Part shown: positions 37,147 to 48,400 of the stretch, piece after piece
Layout of the letters: every line of letters begins with the position of its first letter
Position numbering within the stretch: the first letter of the stretch is position 1
From: Convolutriloba macropyga
Taxonomy: Eukaryota
NCBI RefSeq assembly: GCF_964194025.1
Contig: NC_134474.1
Span: 20,088,001-20,152,000, forward strand
Length of the DNA stretch: 64,000 nucleotides
Direction of reading: 5' to 3'
The notes under the pieces: model-generated
The model's input: the letters and a program-made list of their open reading frames with translations, nothing else
Told to the model about the DNA's origin: nothing
Databases searched by the model: none
Position numbers and translations under genes: made by a program

Positions 37147-40100
37147 TATTCTGTGACACTTTGGCTCCTAAGAAGAAGGTGAAAGCTCCTTTTCCACTCG
37201 AGTTCCAGAATAAAAATCATCTTATTAATTGCTCTTAAACGAAGTTTTTAGTAATTGTATTAGTTCTTCGGTCTTTTTTCGATTTTTTTTGCGCGACCGA
37301 TTTTTTGTCTGACTATTTTGACCCTTCGTCCCCAGCAACGGGATTAAGACATAACGCCCTTAAGTGCTCGTAATGCCTTTCGGCTTTCTAGACACTTAAA
37401 GACGCGATTCACCGAAACTGTTTTGGAGACAACTTCATGGTACGAAGGGCGGTTCTTAAAGTTTGAAACCATAATTTTATGAATCTGACAAAATGGACAA
37501 TACCCACCATGCCAATTAAATTATTTCAACCCTCTAGTTTCAGGAAACCAATATTACTGACAAAAGGCAATCTCTAGAGGCACAAAAGAAAATGTTTCTG
37601 TCAGAATTACAATTGGGCAATTTTTCTGGCAATTGATTCCAATTTAGAGAAATCTTTGGGCAATCTCATTTCACCGCCAATGAAAACATGCAGGCTGAAA
37701 TAATTAAAACTAATAGCATTATTGTAGTACATGTAAAGGTGACATTCGCAAATGGAGGCAATGAAAACGTTTTGTGATTTGAACATTGATGTTCTTCAAG
37801 AATACCAATATACCATTGAAACCAACTACAAAATACGTTTCCATTTTCATCAAATTCGTAAAGTTAGAGCAAGATACTGCTTCTTGAAGGCTTTCAGAGA
37901 GTCACGGGATCAATAGCAAAATGAAATTGAAATTTCTTAAGAAACAATTTGTTATCCCCACAATTTGGGAATTAAATGACCTGTGTGAAATAAAATCGAG
38001 CCGCAATGTTTAGCTTGCATTTTTTTGCCATCATGTTGCGTGGTAAAAATAAAATCATATCGAACTAGACTATACAAACGTCGTCAATAAATTTTTCGTT
38101 AATTGTGTTTGAAGTCCTAAAAATGTGAGGCGAAAGTTATGAACCAACTTTTGTCAACCTCGACCTGATGTGCCTCTGCATCAAGTGTTGATGAAATTAG
38201 AGTCAATAGTACATTTGGATGATAATTCTTCAACCGGTGTTGACGACGTATGCAGTATGCTTATAAAAATAGTTGAATCTGTAATTCCACCGTTCATTGA
38301 GCTTCTAATGGTTGGAACTTTTTTTAGCTTGAGCTTTTACGCTTCAATTGTTTGTTTTGATTAGTTATTTGAATGTTTAATGTATAACAGACTATACTTT
38401 TTTGGAAAACAATTCGGTTGATATCAAGCCATTTGGAATTGCAAGTGAACACAGAACAATTGATGTTTTAGTTGAGCTCACAGACACTCTGCTGATGAAG
38501 CAAAACTCGACAACTACTGTCGGTGACAGCGGTCCTAATCTTTTCGGAATGCTCTTTTTAGCGCTACTCGTTTATTGTTTTTCACTTGGCTAGAGAATTA
38601 TTTGTTCCGCTTCGCCTCATTTCCGTAGTTTTTTGACATTTTGCGTGAAATCTTAGACTTATCTAGGCTAGTTTCTGTCTTCTCATTTTGCTAAAAGTGA
38701 TCATTAACAGCAGTTGCTCAGAAGAGAAATCTAAATTGAACAAAAATTGAAATTAGAAATTGCAAACTGGATAAATCCTGTAAACACAGGTGTAGGTGCC
38801 CAGTGTTTGGACTCTGATCTAGTTAGTCTTATTAACCCAAATACGCCTAACTAGAGTAATTAGGGACAGAAATATGTCTGAGAGATGTACGTCTAGATAC
38901 AAGAGTATGTTTCATAAGTAGACTGACTAGTTTCGGCGTATGTCTGACTAGTATTTCTAAGTGCACATAGTCTGTACGATTTTAAACAAAGTATGTCTTT
39001 TATTCTGTGACACCTTGATCCTAAGAAGAAGGTGAAAGCTCCTTTTTCATTCGAGTTCCAGATTAAAAATCATCTTATTAATTGCTCTCAAACAAATTTT
39101 TTAGTAATTGTATTAGTTCTTGGTCTTTTTTCAATTTTTTGCGTGACTGAGTTTTTGTCTGACTATTTTGACCTTTCGACCCCAGTCATATTATTGACAT
39201 AAGGCAATCTCTAGAGGCACAAAAGAAAATGTTTCTGTCAGAATTTGAATTGGCTAATTTTTCTGGCAATTGATTCCAATTTAGAGAAATCTTTGGGCCA
39301 CCCCATTTCACCGCCAATGAAAACATGCAGGCTGAAATAATTAAAACTAATAGCATTATTGTAGTACATGAAAAGGTGGATCGATTTATGCGCCGAACAG
39401 CTGACTACGTGAAGGTCAGAAAAACGGAAGCTGTTTTTTATTTAAACGTGATTCATATGAAATTACAAATTTTATTAGATTTATGAATCCAAGGAATTGT
39501 TTTTCGTGTGGTTCCAAAATATATTAAGCCATGTTCAAATAATATGGAACTGGTAGAGAACTAGATAAATGGAGGCAATGAAAACGTTTTGTGATTTGAA
39601 CATTGATGTTCTTCAAAAATACCAATATACCATTGAAACCAACTGCAAAACAGGTTCACATTTTCATTAGATTATTAAAGTTAGAGCAAGATACTGCTTC
39701 TTGAAGGCTCTCAGAGAGTCGCGGGATCAATTTCAAAATGAAATTGAAATTTCCTAAGAAACAATTTGTTATCCCCACAATTTGGGAATTAAATGACTTG
39801 TGTGAAATAAAATCGAGCCGCAGCCGCATTATTTAGCTTGCATTTTTGCCATCATGTTGCGTGGTAAAATAAATTCATATCGAACGGGACTATACAAACG
39901 CATTCAATAAATTTTTCGTTAATTGTGTTTGAAGTCCTAAAAATGTGAGGGAAAGTTATGAACCAACTTTTTTCATTCTTGACCTGATGTGCCCCTGCAT
40001 CAAGTGTTGATGAAATTGGAGTCAATAGTACATTTGGATGATAATTCTTCAACCGGTATTGATGACGTATGCAGTATGCTTATAAAAATAGTTGAATCTG

Positions 40101-40818
40101 TAATTTCACCGTTCCTTGAGCTTCTAATGGCTGGAACTTTTTTTAGCTTGACATTTTACGTTTCAATTGTTTGTTTTGATTAGTTATTTGAATGTTTAAT
40201 GTATAGCAGACTATAATTTTTTGGAAAACAATTCGATTGATATCAAGCCATTTGGAATTGCAAATGAACACAGAACAATTGATGTTTTAGTTGAGCTCAC
40301 AGACACTCTGCTGATGAAGCAAAACTCGACAACTACTGTCGGTGATATCGGTCCTAATCGTTTCGTAATGCTCTTTTAGCGCTACTCGTTCATTGTTTTT
40401 CACTTGGCTAGAGAATTATTTGTTCCGCTTTGCCTCATTTCGTCGGTTCTTTGACATTTTGCGTGAAATCTTAGACTTATCTAGGCTAGTTTCTGTCTTC
40501 TCATTTTGCTGAAAGTGATCAATAACAGCAGTTGCTCAGAAGATCAATCCAAATTGAACAAAAATTGAAATTAGAAATTGCAAACTGGATAAATCCTGTA
40601 AACACAGGTGTAGGTGCCCAGTGTTTGGACTTTGATCTGGTTAGTCTTATTAACCCCAATACGCCTAACTAGAGAAATTAGGGACAGAAATATGTCTAAG
40701 AGATGTACGTCTAGATACAAGAGTATGTTTCATAAGTAGACTGACTAGTTTCGGCGTATGTCTGACTAGTATTTCTAAGTACACATAGTCTGTACGATTT
40801 TAAACAAAGTATGTCTTA
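37147..40818. repeat. ~1.85 kb tandem duplication containing decayed LINE RT fragments and family A 5' ends
   Basis: TATTCTGTGACAC starts at 37147 and 39001; both copies end in GTATGTCTT. ORFs 38170 and 39989 are near-identical. PFGIASEHRTIDVLVEL resembles the RT QFGFR..ST.DAL motif. Confidence 0.9.
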
Positions 40819-41284
40819 TAGGAAATCCAAACAAAATAGCTCGAACTTTCAAAAATCTAATATAATTATTTTGTCGTTTTACAAAATAATTACCTTTTTT
40901 TCACTGTTTTCTTTTGGATTTTTAAGCTATTAATGTAAAACCTATTTCGAGATGTTTTAGAATTCAACTATAATGAATAATCGTTTAAAATTCAACATCA
41001 TGCACGTGGGAAACACGTCGGAGTTCAGAAGTATCGTAACCCGCTCTTAACTGATTTTTGATTTTTTGGAACAAGGACTGATTACTGTAAAATTGAACTG
41101 ATCGAGTTTTTTTGAGACAATATATGAAAAATATATACAATAGTTCTGTAAAAAACGTTTCGAACCAAGAAGTTGTTTGTGAAGTACGAGAAGAAAAAAT
41201 GCAACATCATGAGCCGTGTCTCAAAACACGAACAGAAAGACGCTCATTCAGACTACGGGGAGCTAAATTGTACAGTAAAGTAAA

Positions 41285-44265
41285 AACAAATGGCTCGGTA
41301 ATGTGCGATTGCACATAAGTTTCCGACCCCGCTCATCCACAATTTTGGCATAATTGTCTACCAAATGAGGAACAGATTGAAAAACACAAAAAATTCAAGT
41401 GTTTTTCAAAAAAAAACTGGTGTATGAACGAAAAGATGGCCTCCAAAGCAAAAAACTTGGTGGAGTAAAAAATGATGCATTAGATTGACGAGATATGCCT
41501 ATATTAAGAAAGCGAGTGAAGACGAACGGCAAAATCAAAAAACAACAACAAACATAAATGACATCAAAATATTTATGTCCGTTTTAAAAAACAAAACTTA
41601 TTAACAAAGTCAAAATAGCGTCAGATAAAACTGAAAATAAACAAAATAACATGTAATTCACCAAAAAAATGATTATTCACCAGTTCATAATAAAGCTTGG
41701 TAAAATTTAGACAAAAAAGAACAGAAATTTCAAAGTAATGAAAACCATTAGGAATCAACTAAAATTTCCCATAGGTTTACAATTACCAATTCTTCTATAG
41801 AAGGGAATTAAGAAATCTTGGTATTAAACTTTTTATGCAGTTACAAAAAGAACAACAACAAATAGACAACAAACTAAAAATCAATTAAAACTTGCCAGAA
41901 AATGCTTTGGAAACCGTAAAGCATACTTTGGCCCCCAAAATATGTTCGGTTGCACCTTCGACGAACACCGATATTGTATTATGTGGCCGCTCATTAATGA
42001 AAATAAGCAACAATTAGAAAAAAAGAAAAAAATGCAAAATTATGTAATACTTGTTTTTTTTTTTTTAAATAAAAAAATTTATTTCCAAAGACATGAAAGC
42101 CATTAATTACAAAATGAAAAAGTTTAATAGGTTCGTCCATCCTCCAAAGGAAGCCCTTGAGACCTGCAATTATCAGAATATGTCTTACGTCTACAAAAAG
42201 AACGTCAAATATGACAAAAATCAAAAATTCATTTACTTTTTTTTTGTGAAAAACCCGTGTGGAAGCCAGTAAAGTCACAACGATTTCTCTTAAAACATTA
42301 GATTTTGTGACACCAATCCCTTTTGACACCTTCCCGTGAAATGTATTATGTGACCTCTAATTAATGAAACTAGGTAACAATTAGACCAAAAAGCAAAAAC
42401 ATGATTATGTAAAACTTGTTTTTATCGAAAAAAACTTTTTTCCAAAGAAATGAAAGCCATTAATAACAATATGAAAAATTAAATAAGTTTGTTTATTCTT
42501 CCATAGGAAGCCCTTGAGACCTGCAATTATGCAGAACATGTCTTACGTCTTCAAAAAGAACGTCAAATATGACAAAAATCAAAAATTAGTTTACTTTTTT
42601 TTAAGAAAAACCCGTGTCGAGCCAGTAAATTCATAACGAATTCTTCAAAAACATTAGATTTTGTGACACCAATCCCTTTTGACACCTTCCCTTGACAAAA
42701 ATAATGTCATCTTTAACCTTTAATTAACGAGACCAGGTAACAAACAGACAATAAAAGGAACAAAATTGCAAAGTTGAAACGTTTTTTTTTCGTTTTGGAA
42801 AACAATTGTTTTCAGAGTCATGAAAGCCCTTATCTATCTTCTAATATCAGAATATCGGTTCATCTACTCTTCCAGGAAAAGTCAATCAAACCGGGTCACT
42901 GTACAGGAAATTAAATACGACTAAAAAGACAAAGTAAAACGACAGTTAAAGACAAAATTAAAAGAATTCAGTTAAATTCTTCGAGAAAGTATTGTCGAAG
43001 CGGTAAAGAACCGCAATCTATATCTTTAAGGATTTAAAAACTATCAATTGTGCGCTATTTTGAACGCGAAAAATGTGATATATGAATTGACAATAACGTG
43101 ATAAGTTGACAAAATCAGAAAACATGAAAAATGGGCAAATACCTAAAAAATAAAAAAAAATTGTGAAAACTAGTAGTATCAAAGCCAGAACACCATAACT
43201 TAAGACGTAAAACCGCAATAAAGACTAAATTTGAATTCAGCAGAAAGAAAGAGCACTCTTTGATTGCTGACCCTAAGCTACAAGATGACCAAAGTAAGAG
43301 AAAAATGGAGGCAAAGTTCAATAAGCCATTTTTTATTTAAAAATCAAATATTGTAAAAGTTAAAAAGACCATAAGCTTTCAAGCAATCAATTAGATAAAT
43401 TAATTTCGAGCTAATTAGGAAGCCAATAGGACCTATCACTAGTGAGCTTTGAGTTGAAATGTTCTGTTATTTAATTAATTAATAAAAGATCAAATTTTTA
43501 ATAAAAAACCGACTGATGACAATCAGAAATATTTTTGGATTGTAACGGTCCAAGATTGGTACAGAACCAGTCCTGCTAATGTTGATTGTCCATGGGAAAT
43601 TTTTAATTTTTGGAATGTCATTGATATAGATATTTTGTTTGTTAAAAAATCAAAAGTAAATGCTGCGTTTTTGATAATCAACGAATAAAGTTAGCAAAAA
43701 ACGGCAAAGTTTTTTTACAGAGCACTCTCAACGGAAGTTGAAGTGGAAATAGCCCCCTTTTCAGTCTACAAAGATTGTGTTAGTGGTGTTTGGATGTGCA
43801 CTTCCTGCAAATTTAATCAGAAGGGACTAAAGAAACTTATTTCGTGCTGTTTTGATGAAAAAGTCGGAATTTTGTGAAATTTTTAGCAGGAATTTGTGAC
43901 GAAAAAAATCAATGAAAATAGCCGACAATGTACTTTGTCTTTAAATGTAAAATCAACAAGATTTTCATGAAAAATTTTTTATTAAATTTTATCAAAATTG
44001 GCAAAATTTTGTTCAAAAATTGCGAAAAAAAAGGTGAATGAAATCAACGGAATTCACTCTATTTTCTCGAAAGTTTAAACCTCGATATCTACCTGTGAAA
44101 AACAAAAGTAAAAAAATAATTTTAATTCCAAATTCTACGCTGGACAAGCTTTCTCAACTCTCTACGATGAATATATCGATCGGCCAAAATTGACTGAACA
44201 AAAAAAACCCAGTTGAGTATATAGTTCCTCCCCCCCCCCCCCCCTCAAGAGGTGTCGGAACAATA
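41285..44265 (-). mobile_element. Helentron-like non-autonomous element, family B, with a different interior
   Basis: Left end AACAAATGGCTCGGTAATGTGCGATTGCACATAAGTTTCCGACCCC and right end ...TGTCGGAACAATAA. About 250 bp at the right end matches the other B copies; the middle does not. Confidence 0.65.
41975..42710. repeat. ~367-bp tandem dimer inside the family B element
   Basis: TGTATTATGTG...GACACCTTCCC recurs at 41975 and 42342. Confidence 0.85.
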
Positions 44266-45031
44266 AACGGCCTTATTTATTCAGGGTTTGATAAAAAAAA
44301 ATTGAAAAGTGTTTTAATGGCGTTCTCTTCGGAAATCAAATATTATAGGTAACGAAGAGCTTACGAGGTTTGTTTTGCAGTTTTTAGTAACACTGTTTCG
44401 TTGATTTCAACTTTGTTATCCTTTGATTGATGCTATTTATTACTGGTGCACAGGTGAGTGTTGGTTTTCTTTCAGTTTGTACGATGAGATGAGTATTGGT
44501 ATTGATTTTTTACTGCTTCTTTTTAAGCCAGGTTGACTTTCAGGTGATTGAACTGAAAGCAAAAGATGTCACGTTGACTTACTCCACTAAGACTACCCGG
44601 CCTCAACCACCACTCGCCTATTGCCGCAACTACTTCCCATCTACGTCCACTTGAGCCTCCTACCCGGCTCTTACGCACATACCTCCTGCACAGCCCCTTC
44701 AGGCTTACCAACTAAATCTTTTTTGCGAGATATAAATTTTGCGATGAGCAAAATGACCAAGTCATGATTTTCTAAGATTTTAAATTTTAAAATGAATCCA
44801 TTGAGCTCAACTATCAGATTAGATATTCCGGTTTTGAATTTTTGGTAAACAGTTTGCATTATTTTAAGGGTTTTTGCAGGGTCTTAGTAATTTTTGGCTT
44901 TTCGATTTGAAACAGTTCTCTCAATTGGTTTTTTGATGGTTTTGTTTGGTATTTTTGATGAAAGTCGCATATCCAATGCATTTTGTAAACATTGTCGAAG
45001 AAATGATTTTTTCAGTGTCTAAATTCTTTTT

Positions 45032-45398
45032 TATTGCTCTCGAACAAAGTTTGAAGCAGTTATTGTAAACGTGTCTTTTTTCAGAAATATTTGATCGAAT
45101 GTTAGTGCGCTTTTGTTCTAGAACATTCTTTGACTTCTTGAGTAACTTTTTCAAGCTTCAGTTCAGCATTTAAAAGTGATCTAAGGTGCTCTTTTTCCTG
45201 TGCAGAGGTTGTTGGTAATATGAAAACGCTTGTGAGCTAAAAGGAATAGCCCTTGTAGCTTAGTGGTTAAGATGTTGGATGGGCATTCTGGATGTTTTTT
45301 TTTGCATCCATACAAAATTTCTAAGCTACATTCACTCTAAATTAAATGCCCTCGCCTGTCGTTCAAGAGCAATTCATCCGACGTTAGTTGGTTTATCT
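45032..45398 (+). mobile_element. Family A element immediately 3' of atlastin
   Basis: ATTGCTCTCGAACAAAG ... TCGTTCAAGAGCAATT, followed by hairpin CCGAC-GTTA-GTTGG. Confidence 0.55.
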
Positions 45399-45452
45399 TT
45401 AATATTGGAATAAATGAAAAATGCAATTGCTAATCTTGAAATTACTGAGAAC

Positions 45453-48400
45453 TTAGTGCATTTTCTGAATGAGTTTCTTGACAATTATTGAAAATGTCAA
45501 TTTCCACAAAATTGCAACAAGTTTGTCAATTGTTGTCTTTATGATGTGAAAAAGTCCCACTAGTGAAAGCGTCCACCAAACCGCCAACATGACTGTCAGA
45601 ATCCATATGACAATTTTCACCACTGATTCTGCTATTGTGATGTGAGCAATTGAAAATATGGTCCAAATCAGTGCTGAAAACGCTATCAGAACCACCAATT
45701 TGATAGGAGTGCTGATAGCCGAATTGAGTTTCTTGCTTTTGTTCGCTTCGCGGTATTCTTTGCCTGCGATTTTAACTTTGGCGGCCAATTTCATCCGATA
45801 TTCTTTCTCGAAAATGCTCCCTCCAACGCGTTTTGTAGCTACAAATTGGTTGTCCGCGGCTACTGTGACTTGATCATGTACACGGTCAAGCATGGTTTCG
45901 TTCACGTAAGGCTTTGATCCTCCACAGACATTTTGCATTGACTTGTGGTAGTAGTCTACTGCTTCTGATAATGCGTTGAGATGAGTGGCTTCGGCTGTTG
46001 CGAGGAAGCAGTTTCGAAGTGTCGGCAGTTTTCCCGATTTTATTACCTGAATTGGAAATTTCTCAAAATTGAACTGGACAGTTTAATTATTTAAGCGTAG
46101 AAGGTTGTTTAATAGTAGTATTTTGACAATTTGTGTTCTTCTATGAGAAGTGGTCAGGTGTGAAGTGAATTGCAGAAGCACTGTATTAGCTTCATGTTAA
46201 ATAAATTAGTCGCAACTATAACAAAAATCGTTGAACAGTTCTTGTCGAGGGAATAAGGGAGGCAGAGATTTCAATGATTAAGAAATTTTATTCTTTTTTA
46301 TTCTAACAGCGGTAACTAAGTAATAGTTTTAATGACTCGTACCTTCATGTAAGAGTCAATGCACGTGTACAGTTCCCCACATGTGATATCTTTGCCCGCT
46401 ATCTGTTTGGGTTTCAAGTGGTCGTCATCCAGCAGAATTCGCATCAACTTCTGCAGATTTTCCATAAAGTTTGTCTCTATTTGTTCCATTTCTCCTGTGT
46501 ATTGATCACCAGTGGCTACTTTCAGCCCCGGATGGGGCATTAGGAAACATTCAATGTCTAAAGAGAACTTTGCTGCTAGATTGTTCGTTTTGTCTTATCT
46601 TTAGTTTTTATCAGTAATGAAAAGGATTAGGGTGAACGAAAAACTCACCGGCTTAAGCGATCAGCGAGCCCGAGGTTTTTATTTCGATATCAGTCCAATT
46701 TTGTCAAGAAGTCTTGAAACCTTTTTGAGGTTTCATGTAAATCGTCTTCTGGTTACAATTTTAATTTGAAGTATGAAATCTCCGAACAATCAATCTAGAT
46801 GTATTGTATATCATCGTTACACATTTATAGAGGTTAATAAATAAAAATCGCAAAATTCTCCAATATAGTAGGTCTGCGACCTATATATTTTTATAAGAAC
46901 ATCAAAAAATGACAAGAAAGATCCCTTGGAAGTATTTGTTGAGTCGTTCTCGTGAGTATATGACCTCTTGGTTACTCTGCGGTGTCACTTTGAGAGCCTC
47001 TGTCAGTTTTTGCTTTCCTCCCTCGTGGCCGTAAGGGTGATTCATGGGAGATTTCCAGTCACGCACAAGGAACAACAGTCTCTTAAATGGATGTTGTAAT
47101 CTAACACTTTCGCCATTAGAAAGAACAAGGATGCTCGGTAATGTGCGTACGCACATAAGGTTCCGACCCCGCTCATCCACATTCTTGACTTAATTCGCTA
47201 CCAAATGATGAAGAGATAGAACATAACCGACTAAACGTCGGAAGAATTGCTCTCGAACGATTAGTGGGAGCTCTAAGCAATTGCAACCTGCTTCAGTCGG
47301 GGGGGGGGGGGGGGGGGGGGGGGGAAGGGAAGGTGAACCTAAATGGGACTAAGAAGTTCAATAGTGGGCTTCAAATAACCACATTAGAGGTTAACATATA
47401 CCACTATTAAGACTTAAAGTCAAAAATGGCACCAGTTTCGGCGCACTTTTCACTTGACTTTTAGTATTAAATTGGGGCGGGGAGTTGGGGCGGGAGGGGA
47501 GGGTGGGGGGGGGGGGATGGGTAGGTAGATAGTGGGGGTGGGGGAGACAAAAAATCTCAAAATGACCTCTTCACCTTGAACATTACCAGCACTTCCTAAT
47601 TACTATACATTACAAACGAAGCTACTGTTAAAGGCCAATGTTCAAAAACAGAAGTCAACAATCAAAAACGGAGGTAAATTCTCGAACAGAAAGAAGTCAA
47701 GTCAAGAACAAACTTGCTTTCTGCTAAAAACAAAAACCTGTAGAATCTCAATACTCCTCTTCGAGTCGTAAAAAAGACACACACGTTTACAATAATTGCT
47801 ATGAACTTCGTAGCAATTCGTATGAACAAACTTTTAAAAACATACATATCGTTCCATAGATAGCCAGTGAAATACAATAATGCCATCCTAGAGGGCCGAT
47901 GAACGATAATAAAAGACAATAATAAATATCATCAATCAACAAACATTATTTACGATCAAAACTCGATTTCTATAATAAATAAAATCATAACAAAAATCAA
48001 ACTCATCAGATAAAATCCAAACAAAACAATTTAATCTATACATCATTAGAAAAATATGGAACCTGGCCTCAATGCGACTTGCTAATAAGTCGACAAAAGG
48101 GAGCAAAGAGGTGCGAAGTTCAAAAATACGTTTCTAATTTTGAAAAGAACAAATTTCACTGAAATCCCTGAAATGTTCATCTATATCTCCATACGAAGCA
48201 ATTGAGACCTGTCATTATCCAATGTTTAATTGCGCAAAACTTAAAAGCCAATGGGACCTACGATTTTTGTTATAAATTAAAAAGAAAACAAAAATCCTAT
48301 AAAATGTACAAATACAAAAAAATTTCAATTATTTTGTGAAATCTCGTAGTAAAAGCAGTAAGAAAGCCGAGAAACAAATGTTCGAAGCTGAAACCGTAAG

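Noticed and set aside
38488-38530. CTGATGA...CGACA hammerhead-like string (also ~40311)
   Set aside because: Lacks the GAAA core and a stable stem II, and lies in a decayed RT reading frame.
47082-47093. CCATTTAAG at the atlastin intron 3 acceptor resembles the upstream exon end CCATTTCAG (possible TSD from intron gain)
   Set aside because: An 8/9 match between AG-ending splice signals is expected by chance, and from memory an intron after KPFQ also exists in vertebrate atlastin.
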